Shown here one piece after another: positions 49,470 to 62,235 of a stretch of DNA of 64,000 nucleotides. A program made the translations under genes and the position numbers. The notes under the pieces were generated by a model. It did not search any database, was not told the origin of the DNA, and saw only the letters and a list, made by a program, of their open reading frames with translations. The stretch comes from Octopus sinensis (Eukaryota), in NCBI RefSeq assembly GCF_006345805.1, contig NC_043018.1, positions 27,900,001 to 27,964,000 of the forward strand, in the 5' to 3' direction. Position 1 is the stretch's first letter, and each line of letters opens with the position of its first letter.

Positions 49470-49930
49470 TATGGTGGTGATGGTGATGGTGGTGGTGGTG
49501 GTGCCGGTGGCATTAGTGGTGGCGTTGGTGGTAGTGGGTTGTGGTGTTGGCAGTGCTTTTGGCGGTGGTGTTGGCGCTAGTGTTCGTGATGGTGTTGGCG
49601 GTGGTGTTGGTTGTAGAATTGGTTGTGGTGTTGTCGGAGGTAATGGTTGTGGTGCTGGCAGTGCTTTTGGCGGTGGTGTTGGCGGTAGTGTTCGTTGTGG
49701 TGTTGGCGATGGTGTTGACGGCGGTGTTGGTGGTGGTGCTGGCGGTGGTATTGGTAGTGATCTTAGTGATAGCATCGGTGGTGCTGGTGGTGTTGGTAGT
49801 GGTGTCGGCGGTGTTAGTATTTCTATTGTTGCTGGTATTACGGTGATGATGATAGTCTAATCTTTTTAGTGATGCTGATATTGTTAATGCTGATGTTGTT
49901 GTTGTTTCGTTGGTGGTGGTGTAGTTGGTA
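49470..49930. repeat. (GGT)n-derived tract with a 108-bp higher-order duplication
   Basis: GGTTGTGGTG-TGGCAGTGCTTTTGGCGGTGGTGTTGGC at 49538 and 49646. Confidence 0.85.
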
Positions 49931-50611
49931 GTGCCAGCGGTGCCGGTGGCGCATTCCTGAAACACTAGCCCTGCTGTAGCGAGTACTTTACACCAATATC
50001 CCGCATACCACAATATTCTTCACCCACACATCAAGGAGCTAGTTTCATCTATGTACTTAGGCAAATATTGAAAGAATACCCGACAAGGAAGAAAAGGATC
50101 GGGGTGGGCAAACAAAGAAAAACAAAAACAAAAACGAAGAATGACATCACATATTTAATCAAATATCACTTCTTTGATGAATGCACAGATTCTTTTGATT
50201 CTATTAACGGTTTCTTATTAATGTTATCATTAAATACAGTTAAGGGTGGGGCTTTACTATTAAATGTGGTTGGTTGGCATTAAGGGTAGCAGATTAACGG
50301 AATTGGTAAAACAGCTGACAAAAATGCATTCTGGAATCTTGTTGCATTCATTTAGCTTTCCTTGTTGAAGGTTACGTAAAATCAAATACGCCGTCATTCG
50401 GCGATGTCGTTTAAACCTCGACCCCGCTTTGTCCTTGAATCTAAAAGCCTTGCGCCTATATTAGAGTACCCACTTTTTATCTTATAGCACATACATATTC
50501 TATTTTTTATCTTTTACTTGTTTCAGTCATTAGACTGCGGCCACGCTGGGGCACCGCCTTGAAGAAATTTTAGTCAAATGAATCGACACCATTACTTATC
50601 ATCATTAATAT

Positions 50612-50736
50612 TCAGTAGTCTTATTTTTTTAGCGTGCTTTCACTTCACTACCTAGTGCAGCTCTGTGTGCCTTGGGTATGTATTGTGGTTTGTTGAGATA
50701 CTCTGATGGTTACTGTATTGAAAGTGTTTTGCGTAG
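50612..50736 (-). mobile_element. short 3' fragment of the RLE-type (R4/Dong-like) element
   Basis: Colinear with 37816-37945 and followed by (ATT)n. Confidence 0.85.
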
Positions 50737-50742
50737 AAATTA

Positions 50743-50797
<55 letters not shown>

Positions 50798-50936
50798 CAT
50801 TATTATTAGTATTATTGTTGTTGTGGTTTTTGTAAGCCTTATACTTATTCTATCGTTCACTTTTACCGAGCCACTATGTTACGGAGAAGCGAACACAACA
50901 ACACCAATTGTCAAGGGGTGAGGGAAGGCACCCTCC

Positions 50937-50979
<43 letters not shown>

Positions 50980-50982
<3 letters not shown>

Positions 50983-51359
50983 TTGCGTCAGAAATTAATT
51001 AGCACTTCTCAAATTTCTACATTAAATAGGTTAAATCAATTAACCTATGAGCTGTTCAAAACGTCTTACGCGATGAGAAAATTAGTATGGTGTGATTTCG
51101 GTCCTTGCGAGGCGCTACCTATATCTATTAAACCAAAGGAAGATTTGTCTGCATCCGCACTCCAAGTTGTTGTTGCACTGCTATGTCAACATCATGAGGC
51201 TGTAGACTCTCAAACTGCTCTGCAAACAAAGTTACGTCATCGTTCTGCGCAACAGTGAACTCGCAACAAAGCAATAGTTCGAGATATGGCCACTAGGTGA
51301 CATCACATACCTTGAGTGAAGAGCAAATCAAGGGTGCTAATTAATTTCTGACGGTAGTG
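50980..51359. mobile_element. Tc1/mariner-like MITE (380 bp)
   Basis: 26-bp TIRs CACT(TG/AC)CGTCAGAAATTAATTAGCAC with 24/26 match, flanked by TA on both sides inside (TA)n. Confidence 0.85.
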
Positions 51360-51744
51360 TATATATATATATATACGATGGGCTCATTTCAGAGATAGAT
51401 TTAGTCGGCCCGAAGGTATAGTAGAAGAGACTTGTCCAAGGTGCCACGCAATGGGACTGAACCTGGAGCCATGTGGTTGTAGGAAACAAACATTTTACCA
51501 CACGCTCACAACTGCGCCTTTAATGTAAGAAATCGGAAGGAGTGGTTGGAAAGTTTGGAAAATGTCGTAACACTAACATTAGCACCAATACCACCACCAC
51601 CAACACCACCACTAACATCATCACAACATCACTGAGAACACCACCACCACCACCACCATCAACGTCACCGCTAACTTCACCACCACCACCACCACCACTA
51701 CCACCAGCATTTTAGAGCGTTGGTAGAATATTTCTTTTATACTC

Positions 51745-52137
51745 TTGGCACAAGGACCGAAATTTTCAGGGAGGGGACAGTCATATTAGATAAATGCCAG
51801 TACGCAACTGGTACTTAATTTATCGATCCCGAAAGGATGAAAGGTAAAGTCGATCTCGGCGGAATTTGTACTCAGAACGTAAAGACAGACGAAATACCTA
51901 TTTCTATTTCTTTACTACCACAAGGGCCTAAACACAGAGAGGACAAACACAGACAGACAAACGGATTGAGTCGATTATATCGACCACAGTGCGTAACTGG
52001 TACTTAACTTATCGACCCCGAAAGGATGAAAGGTAAAGTCGACCTCGGCGGAATTTGAACTCAGAACGTAGCGGCAGACGAAATACGGCTACGCATTTCG
52101 CCCGGCGTGCTAAAGTTTCTGCCAGTTCGCCGCCTTA
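51745..52137 (-). mobile_element. SINE B dimer (full B-tail1 plus headless B-tail2)
   Basis: Junction GAAATACC|TATTTC at 51898/51899. Confidence 0.9.
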
Positions 52138-52186
52138 GAGACATGGATATAAGGAGTTAAGTATGTATAGACAAACAGAGCGATAC

Positions 52187-52243
<57 letters not shown>

Positions 52244-52282
52244 CAGATCGATAGATAGATAGATCGATCTTTAGATAGATAG

Positions 52283-52620
52283 ATATGTTTCTTTTTAGCG
52301 CCACACAGGGCTGCACACAGATAGAACAAATTACAAGGTAGAGCTTTTCTTTTGAAGGTTTAAAAAAAAAAAAAAAAAAAAGGAAGGGGGAGTTTCGATC
52401 AAAAGGATCGTAAAACGGAGGAAAGAGGACAAAAAGAAGGGGGGGTTAAAAAAAAAAAAAAAAAAAAGGGGGAAGGGGAAAAAAAATTGATCAATAGGGA
52501 TCGTTATCACAGAAATGTCATATGAAGTGTAAAGGGGAGGACAGGTGAGGTTACCCGTGGAAGAAAAGCCTACGGAAAAGACCACGGTAACCTCGGTCAA
52601 TGAAGTCACATTTTATATTT
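52283..52620 (-). mobile_element. 3' part of the (TCTA)n-tailed retroposon
   Basis: Shares its terminal ~80 bp with 19888-19975 and abuts (GATA)n. The extent of the 5' part is uncertain. Confidence 0.6.
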
Positions 52621-53034
52621 CTTTTTTTTTTTTTTTTTTTTTTTTGCAAATAAGCAACTCTCTGTTTTCGATTTCTGGGTTCATATGACTATGCTCAAGG
52701 TGGCTTCGTCATTCATACGTGCCATTCTTGCACATTCACCCTTTTTTTTAAAACATTCGCTAGACAAAACTTGCCCTCTACTCTCACTTCCTTTTCAAGT
52801 TGGTACTTGAAGAAGTTGATGAGAGATTGACCAGAGAGGAAAGTGTTTGTCTCAATCCTTCAGACGCGTCCACCAGATACATTCTTTCGCCATAGCCACA
52901 AGGATGATGAAAATAGCTCTTCCTTCCGTTTGAAGGAAGGAGGCGTGACAATATTGACGATAGACTCAGCTGATAGATAGATAGATAGATAGATAGATAG
53001 TTAGATAAAAAGACAAACAGACAGACAGACAGAC

Positions 53035-53101
<67 letters not shown>

Positions 53102-53834
53102 CAGATAGTTAGATAGATAATTGGATAGGTAGTTATATAGATTAAAGTCCAGCAAGAACACGAGAGATACGAACCTAAGTCCACACGATTTGTTCGTTCA
53201 GAATCTAAGCGAAAATAAATCAATGAGTAAAAACGCAATCGCCATGGACTGCTGCTGCTGCTGCTGCTGCTACTACAACTACTGCCACCACTACCACCAC
53301 TACTACTACTACTACCATTGCAACAACTACTAGTCTCGGCCGTGACACAATAGCTGTGAAATGTTTGCAAACATGCTGATGAAATGAATCATTAAACATT
53401 AAAAACACACACTCACACACACACACACACACACACATATGCACACATACATGCATACGTACACATACGACATACATACGCGTATACGTACACATACATA
53501 TGCATAGACACATGCATGGAAACATGTATATATATATATACATACGCAAAAGTGCATGTCAGCAGACGCAGTTTCACATGAATGAACATGCACACGCACA
53601 CACATACACACACACACACAAATATAAGCACATACGCATATACAACTCATTCACAGCCATCCCTCACGCATTCACACACACACACACACCACACACACAC
53701 ACACAGTATTTAGGAATAATTTGGATAAATTGAAATAATCCTAGATAGAAGAGATTTGAGGATTTTGTTAAATCTATTAATCTTGTTGGAACTGGATAAT
53801 TTAGTCACACATTATCTATCTATCTATCTATCTG

Positions 53835-53902
<68 letters not shown>

Positions 53903-53926
53903 ACTATTTATCTCTATCTATCTATA

Positions 53927-53969
<43 letters not shown>

Positions 53970-54125
53970 TTATCTCTCTCTATCTGTCTATTTATTTATC
54001 TCTCTCTCTCTCTCTATCTATCTATCTGTTTGTCGGCCTGCCTGTCTTCGGTCTTCTGTCTGTTTCTGTCTCTGTCTCTCTGTCAATATATGTATGCATA
54101 CACATATACCCCCCACACGTATATA

Positions 54126-54156
<31 letters not shown>

Positions 54157-55149
54157 TCACCCCACTCCTCTCCATGCTTCTCTTTGTCACTATTTTCCTC
54201 CCTCTCTTTCTCTCTCCATCTCTCCCCCTCTCTCTTTCCACCCCCTCTCTCTCTGATGACGTACCTATTCGCAAAAAGTCGAATATAACACTAGGTAATT
54301 CGTATAGTCAAAGACATACATATCACACAAAGGTGTTCGCACGCCATCTTCACAGATGATTACCATCGCTTTTTGAATCTCTGACTGTCCATCCATAACC
54401 TCTCAAATGACTTTTTAGTCTCGTTGCAGATCAGTATAATTTGAAGCATTTGTAATTGACAAAATTTATAAGTTCTATTCTGCTGCCAAATTTTTAAGTC
54501 CACACAGGTCAACACAGGTCAACACTCTTCCATTGCTGTAGCTTTTTTCGGCTGATGGAATAACAACGGTGGTTACCAAGAAGAGACATTTATACGTCGT
54601 TGAATTATAGTGATAAACGCTTGACCAACACGACCACTGCTATCTGAGTGTCCAGAATTAGTACCCAGAGGGAAGCCAGATAATTAGTAATCACGAAGAA
54701 TCGCACGTTTTTGCATCAGTGTCCTTCTGTGACAAATGTTAGGCGTCTCTCAACCCAGGTGGTTTTAATTGGATGGCCATTGGCACTCTTGAATTGATCC
54801 GCCCTCACACGGGTCTTGTTTCCATCATTCAGGGTTTCCAAAAACGAGGTAAATCCGATTTCACTTCGCTGGATTATGAATCTTTTCGGGAATGTGAACC
54901 CCAAAGCAATTACAAAGAATATGGGGACAGGTACGGCTTCAAATTTTTTTTTAATTTATCAGTTAATTATACTGCATAATCAGTTGCTAAAAAGAGATCG
55001 ATACGTGTTTCTGCTGCATAGAGAATGTACAGTTGTGTATATAACCTGCAATATTCTGCTACGTACCTTCCTTCAGGGTCTTTCCCCAAACGTGGCCCGC
55101 AGCTTCGGACCACGTTTCAGTCATTTTAATTAATTATGCTGCATTATTA

Positions 55150-55510
55150 ACTATAAGATTGATTTGAAGATGCACCAGTCTCCGTATTCTTTGGAACTGT
55201 TTTGGTTATATGACCATACGATTGAACCTAGATACTCTCCGAGGCACAAGTCCAGGCAAGGTTGTTTATGGAAGACCAACAGTCGCCCATGCATACCATC
55301 CACCACTCTCCATGCCACCGATGTTATCCAATGGAAAGGTAAAAGGCCGATACAGTTGAGTACTAGTGGCATCGTAACTCATTTCTGCAGCTGAGTGAAC
55401 TGGAGCAACGTGAAATAAAGTGTATTGCTCAAGAACACTACACACAATCCGGTCCAGAAATCAAACTCACAACCTCTTGGTGGTAAGCCCGACGCTCTAA
55501 CCACTAAACC
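55150..55510 (-). mobile_element. SINE D-related element (same head and CORE-like domain, different 3' body)
   Basis: CAGCTGAGTGAACTGGAGCAACGTGAAATAAAGTGT-TTGCTCAAG and CTAACCACTAA are shared with D. The body diverges upstream of ~55375. Confidence 0.7.
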
Positions 55511-55814
55511 TACCACAAGGTCTGTGTCAATTACTTCTGTTATTACGTTGAAAATATTACTTGCAATTGCTTACCTATAAATTACCTTAATATATCTGCT
55601 CCCTTATAACAGTGCCCAAAGCAAAATGAAATTATTATGGCTACCACTTCGAATTCTACAAAAGCACAGAAACTATTTTTGATGCTGAGCATTATATATT
55701 CTGATAAACGGAGTTTTTTTTTATAATAAGGGTTTCAAATTTTCGCACAAGGTCGACAATTTCAGCGTGGGGGTAAATAATTTTGCCGCCTTAAATTTCC
55801 TTATAATAATAATA

Positions 55815-55863
<49 letters not shown>

Positions 55864-55866
<3 letters not shown>

Positions 55867-56351
55867 GATGGGCTACAGCAAATAAAAAAGATGGGCTAAA
55901 GCAAATATTCTGCTCAATAACACAGATTTGCTTGTCAGTTGTTTCACTTTAACCAGTTGAGCATGTCCCTTAGTGGCTGACGATATGTGCATCTCTGATC
56001 ACGGAGCAGAAGTAGTGGGGGAGCATCATAGCCATGTGTTGAGAGGGATTCTTTGGGGTTTGAATAATTCACCTCTGGAAACATGGGTGGTTCTTTCAAC
56101 ATCCTTAAACAACCCTTATTCAGGGACCGTTTGAGCGGGATGGGCTACTCAACCTGAAGAAATTTCTAACTGGGCCCCACCTGCAAGGTCATGTGCTGTT
56201 TATCTTGATATGAGATCACCATGTCACGCACATATGGTTGTGATGCATGTGCCTGGTGTACCCTTATCAGACGGGTAGTCATGATGGGTATATTGGGGTT
56301 CGTATATTTTACCCCAGTGTCACTTTGATGGCATGAACTGCTCTGTCACTC

Positions 56352-56352
<1 letters not shown>
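55864..56352 (+). mobile_element. second, 5'-truncated copy of the (TAA)n-flanked ~550-bp element
   Basis: Reverse complement of 38198-~38660, with (AAT)n on both sides. Confidence 0.8.
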
Positions 56353-56383
<31 letters not shown>

Positions 56384-56406
56384 TAATAATATTAATGATA
56401 ATAATG

Positions 56407-56440
<34 letters not shown>

Positions 56441-56451
56441 TCATGATAATA

Positions 56452-56508
<57 letters not shown>

Positions 56509-56524
56509 GTAATAATAATAATAG

Positions 56525-56898
56525 GGCCTGAAATCTTTGAGGGAGGGAACAAGTTGACTATATCCACTCCAGTGTTTCACAGGTGCTTAATTCATCGACC
56601 CCGAAGGGAAGAAAGGCAAAGTCGACCTCGGCAGAATTGGAACTCAGAACGTAGCGGCAGACGAAATACCGCGAAGCACTTCGCCTGGTGTGCTAAGGAT
56701 TTTGCCAGCTCGCCACCGTTTTATTCTTTGTACTAAAGGCACAACGTTTGAAATTTTGTGGGAGGGGACTACTCGATTACATCGACACCAGTACGCAGCT
56801 GGTACTTAATTTATCGACACCGGAAAGATGGAAGGTAAAGTTGACCTCGGTGGAATTTGAACTCAGACCGTAAAGTCGAACAAAATGCCGCCAAGCAT
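56525..56898 (-). mobile_element. two co-oriented SINE B copies (tail2 type)
   Basis: Two bodies carrying GGAATT-GAACTCAGA and GGCAAAGTCGACC-like motifs. Confidence 0.85.
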
Positions 56899-57146
56899 AA
56901 AAATTCCTCATAGTAATAAAAAAGAACAATTTTTTTGAAAGCTAGCAAATTTTCAGATAATTAATTTGATCGATCTCCCATTAAGTTTGTTGGATTATAC
57001 GGATATCGTTAAAATGTGATCTAGGAAAAGTCAAACAGGTTTTGGCAATATCTTAAAATATAAAACCAAATCTAAAATTACACGATGATAATCAAGTATT
57101 AATATGAAGATATTAAACCCTTTAGCGTTTAAACAGGATCTATCTG

Positions 57147-57697
57147 GGATCTTTTCGGTTTGAACGTCAGTTTTTAAACATAATTTCCACGCAACTAAAC
57201 ACCTTTAAACTTCGTATACTGGTAGAATGTGTTTATAAAACATCTTTTTCTTTTGGCTTTATTGAGAAAATTCTATAGTTTGTAAGATATTTGTTGTTTT
57301 TTTCTTCAATTTCTGCAATTTCAACCAATCACTGACGTCTATTGAGGTAAAAAACATTCTGTGCCGCGTTTAAGAAACAGATTGAGAAAATTCTATAGTT
57401 TGTAAGATTTGTTGTTTTTTTCTTCAATTTCTGCAATTTCAACCAATCAATGACGTCAATTTAGGTGAAAACATTCTGTGCTGTATGAATATGTCCCCTC
57501 GTTTAAGAAACAGATTGGGTTTATTTACATTTGTGAAGAAAAAAAGATAACCTTTTCCCCACCCCTAACCCTAACCCTAACTAACCCTAACCCTAAAACA
57601 GATTGAAATGCAATAGATCGATACTAGGGTCATAACTATGGGTGACAATTTCATATGACACCGCTAGAAAAAACCGCCGTTCAAACCGAAAAGATCC
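57147..57697 (+). mobile_element. MITE family E, copy 4, with an internal ~120-bp duplication
   Basis: TIRs intact, duplicated GAGAAAATTCTATAG...CATTCTGTGC block, and (CCCTAA)n at 57563-57596. Confidence 0.92.
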
Positions 57698-58493
57698 CAG
57701 GTACCTTATAATATCAGTTTAAAATTTTTTTTAAATCTCATCTTCAAAACCTCGAAGCTTCGAGACAATGCGAGATTAATTCAAAACAATTTATATAAAT
57801 AATTGATAGATTATTCTGAACGCTAAAAGTTAAGGCATGAAGACAACATATTCAGCATAATGTTGAATTATATAAAAGTTGCTGCTATTTGCTTGTTTGT
57901 TTGTTGGTTGGTTGGTTGGTTGGTTTGATGTCTTACACCTTGTTATTTCATCTACAACAAAGTTTTGAAATGCTAAAAACATGAAAACCGATTTTTAATT
58001 CCTGGGGGAAATTTTCTGTTAATTAAAAAAAAAAAAGAGTGAATCGGTTCGGAAAAAAAATTTAATCGGACGACTGTGTACATACATACATACATACATA
58101 CACCCACACCCACGTATAAACACATACATAGGTATATGTAAGATTATATGCATTATATATATATGTAGTATATACATACACACAGACACACATAGACACA
58201 CACACACAGCCACACACATAGATATAGAAGAGAGAGAGAGAGAGAGAAGCGAAGTATATGTATATGCATATATGTATATAGTATATATGTGTCTGCGCAT
58301 ATATATTATATATACACATGTACATATGGTATACTATATATATATATAAATATAATATAATATATATATATATATATATATATAGATATGTATATATATA
58401 TATGTTGCGTGGATAATATATATATATATTATATATATATAGATAGATAGATAGATAGATAGATAGTTGTATATATATATATACATATATATC

Positions 58494-58539
<46 letters not shown>

Positions 58540-58571
58540 CTGTGTGGTGTATATATATTATATATATCTGC

Positions 58572-58604
<33 letters not shown>

Positions 58605-58605
58605 C

Positions 58606-58646
<41 letters not shown>

Positions 58647-58929
58647 GCATACAAAAATATGTATTCATACATATATATCTACACACATACACACACGTAT
58701 ATATAAAGCTTGTTTATATGATGCATGTAAGAGCCTGTATCAATGTTTTGGGTAACACTCCCCCTGTCATCTCTTCCCCCCACCCACCTCACAAATCCTA
58801 GAGTCCATAATTCATTCTACCTTTCTTTGACATTTAAGAGCGACACGCGACTTTAAAAAACAGCAAATCTCATTTTTAGCGAAATTGCCTCCATTGAGTT
58901 AACAGCTAATAAACACAGCCTTATTATCA

Positions 58930-59560
58930 TGGCCACCACCACACCACCACCAACATCTACCATAACAACAACAACAACAACAACAACCATAATGGCAAGA
59001 ACAGCAACGCCACTACCACCACCACAAACAGCAACTATAACAACCACCGCCACTACAACCATCACCTCCATTACCAATACCACTACCACCACCACTGCCT
59101 CCACCACCATCGCCACTAACATGACCACCATGAACGCTACACATACCACCACCACCACCATCATTCCCACCAATACCACTAACACTAACACAGCCACTAC
59201 CACCACCACTATATCGCCGCAGGCTCCACATCTACACCATCACCGCCGCCACTATCGCCACCATCATCACCATCACCACCACAGCTACCACTGCCCCCAT
59301 CTCCACCACTGCCACTGCCACCATCTCCACCACTGTCACCGCCACCTCTCTACCACCACTACCACTATATCGCCGCCGCCACCATCTACATCACCACTGC
59401 CGCCACTATCGCCACCATTACCATCACCACCACAGCTACCACTGCCACCAACTCCACCACTGCCATCACCACCACTACCACCACCACCACACCACCACCA
59501 CCACCGCCACCACCACTACCACCACCACCACCACCACCACCACCACACAACTGACGTCAC
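58930..59560. repeat. (CAC/CAA)n compound tract
   Basis: Read directly from sequence. Confidence 0.92.
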
Positions 59561-59867
59561 TACTTTCAGCCAAGACTGACTTATTACTGTTACTATCAAC
59601 AATGTTATTACTTCCACCACAAGCACTGCAACGCTTTTCACCTTTTCTACCGCCATTTTACTATGCACGATTCCTCACATTTATCACCATTATGACCACT
59701 ACTTATACCACACCCCTCTACCACCGATACTTCCATAATGATGTCGTTACTACCCGTCATCTACGGTCGACACTAGTACAATGATACGATTATTATAATA
59801 CTACTATGACATTAGTAATTTGATGCTATGAACAAATCGCCACCATTACACTGACACTACATATTTC

Positions 59868-60266
59868 TTTATTACCCACAAGGGGCTAAACATAGAGGGG
59901 ACAAACAAGGACAGACATAGGTATTAAGTCAATTATATCGACCCCAGTGCGTAACTGGTACTTATTTAATCGACCCCGAAAGGATGAGAGGCAAAGTCAA
60001 CCTCGACGGAATTTGAACTCACAACGTAACGGCAGACGAAATACCTATTTCTTTACTACCCACAAGGAGCTAAACACAGAGAGGACAAACAGGGACAGAC
60101 AAACGGGTTAAGTCGATTATATTGACACCAGTGCGTAACTGGTACTTATTTAATCGACCCCGAAAGGATGGAAGGCAAAGTCGACCTCGGCGGAATTTGA
60201 ACAGCAGACGAAATACCGCTAAGCATTTCGCCCGGCGCGCTAACGTTTCTGCCAGCTCGCCGCCTT
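59868..60266 (-). mobile_element. SINE B dimer (tail1 plus headless tail1)
   Basis: Junction GAAATACC|TATTTC at 60045/60046. Confidence 0.9.
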
Positions 60267-60611
60267 ACACTGACACTACCTCTACCATCATCACCACCCT
60301 ACGACACCACCACAGCGACATCACCACCAATTCCACCATCCTGCTCACTAAAACCAACACTGCCATTACGCTACTTTCACTCACAGCCCGTTAGAAAAAA
60401 TATTCTTATAGAAACAGAATGGTTTTCGCAGCTGTCAAAGATGAACGACGCAGAAACAGATGTGTTCTACGATCCAGTGAACACATTGCAGCGCCTCCCC
60501 TACGTATGTGACGTCAGTGTCCACGCCTCAGACAAAGAATATTTTCCCTGGATTAGTTTCGCAGCGAAAGGTCTTATCGCATTCGAATACATTTAAACAT
60601 GTTAACTATAC

Positions 60612-61050
60612 TTCGTTTTTGTATCTGGTTTTGCAAGATTCTTTATGTGAATTCGTGTGTTGAAGCAAATTATGTTGTGTCTGGGGAGAGTCATATTGTC
60701 TTAATGCATTATTATCTAACACACTCACCGGTTCGATTTCCACTCATTTCTATTTATATTTTTTTTTCCAAAAATTTCATTACTTTTGCAACCTTATCCA
60801 TGAATGTTGACTCATTTTTAGGTTTAAAATTCTTTTTCTTTATATCAATAAAATAATCTTTTTTTTATATATCTATAGTTACCTTGATACTTTGGTGAAT
60901 GGAATTAGCTCTCTAATGATGCTCTCCATTATGTTCCTCTCAGTTTCTACATTACATTTACTAGGGTTTGTCCTAAGTGGAAATCGAACCGGTGAGTGTT
61001 TTAAATAAAGCATTGAGACACTACGACTCTCTCCAGACACCACATAAGAT
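60612..61050. repeat. interspersed repeat arranged as inverted arms
   Basis: Arms at 60670-60744 and 60976-61047, including an exact 24-bp inverted match ACACTCACCGGTTCGATTTCCACT. Confidence 0.75.
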
Positions 61051-61755
61051 GTTAAATATAATTTAACACAAATGTATTTTTTCTCAACGCTGCTTTGTGC
61101 GACATTATTTGTTTAATTCTGGATTGACCAAGATTTATGCACATCAGTAAATGCCACGCATGCTGGTCTAAATATGAATGTATTTGTTCTTGTCGGGTTG
61201 TGAGTGACAGATTTCGTTTTCGCAACTGACTAAGCAAATTTAAACAGAAACGCAGGCGTTGAACGATATAATGGCAGCATTCACAACCCCCAGATATGTT
61301 TTCTCACATGACTAAGTGGAATATTTTCTGAGAAAATTTCCGCTGTAAAAGTTCTTATTGCGTCCGAATACATTAGATTGCATTAAAAAATGGGTATTCT
61401 TCTATTCAACGCTATTTCATGTAACATGTCACACACATACACACACACATACACTCAATCACCCACACACAAGCACTGCGACAAGCGGTGGATTCTGTTC
61501 TGCACGAAGGGAACAAACAGGCTTCCGCAGCAACCAATATGCAGAGAATAGATCTTCACTCTGCATGATATCATTGAGCCGTACCTTGAATACCAGAAGC
61601 CGCTAGTGGTCGGTTTCATCGGCGTCCAGCAGGCCTGTCATAACTTACATGGAGAATTATTCTGAAATAGTGTAATATCATAGGGCACCTCGCTTCACTT
61701 TGTCAACGTCTCCAAAAGCTTCTAGAAACAACTGAAGACTGAAATAAGAACTGAT

Positions 61756-61979
61756 TCGTATCTTTGAAGGATCCTGGGAGTCAACTGGCCGAATCGTGTC
61801 AGAGGAGATTCTGAGAATAGCAAGTTCACGATCACTGCCAGAGACTGAAGCAGGTTAGTATCTTCTCCACCTAACTGGTCACTTTCTCCATCTAGCCAAT
61901 CAAAGGCAGTCGAAAACTGGTCGCTTGGATACCACCTGACAGCAAGCGTAAAATAGGCAGGGTGAAGATCACTCTATAG
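61756..61979 (+). pseudogene. degraded RTE-clade LINE ORF remnant (post-RT region)
   Basis: Across frameshifts and stops it reads RILGVNWPNRV / SEEILRIA / LHLTGHFLHLANQRQSK / VAWIPPDSKRKIGRVK. This resembles the RTE pattern RIL--W---V-NEE-L..GH-LR..W-P..KR--GRP. Confidence 0.65.
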
Positions 61980-61980
61980 A

Positions 61981-62235
61981 AGGAGATACAGCGTGACACA
62001 GATTGTGACAAGGTTGACCCTTTGAAATACAGGTACAACAGAAACAGGAAGAAAAAGTGAAAGAATGTCGTGGTGAAAGAATACAGCAGGGTTGTGCCAC
62101 CACCGTCCGCCGGATTTCTTGTAGCTTTAGGTGTTTTCACTCAATAAATCCTCACAACGCCCGCGCTGGGAATCGAAACCGCGATCCCACGACCGCTAGT
62201 CCGCCGCCTTAACCACTTGGCCTTTGCGCCTCCAC
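61981..62235 (-). mobile_element. mosaic SINE with a C-like head/5' body and a D-like 3' body
   Basis: Minus strand GTGGAGGCGCAAAGGCCAAGTGG...AAACACCTAAAGCT (C-like), then TACCTGTATTTCAAAGGG..CTTGTCACA-TCTGTGTCACGCTG (D-like). Confidence 0.7.

Larger units (their letters stand above)
50503..51520 (-). mobile_element. old SINE A split by two nested insertions
   Basis: Tail at 50503-50598, body at ~50830-50930 and head at 51365-51520. Confidence 0.75.

Noticed and set aside
53372-53402. CTGATGA followed by a short hairpin (similar cases at 2804, 10813, 29533, 54254)
   Set aside because: No correctly placed GAAA, or no stem I/III pairing.
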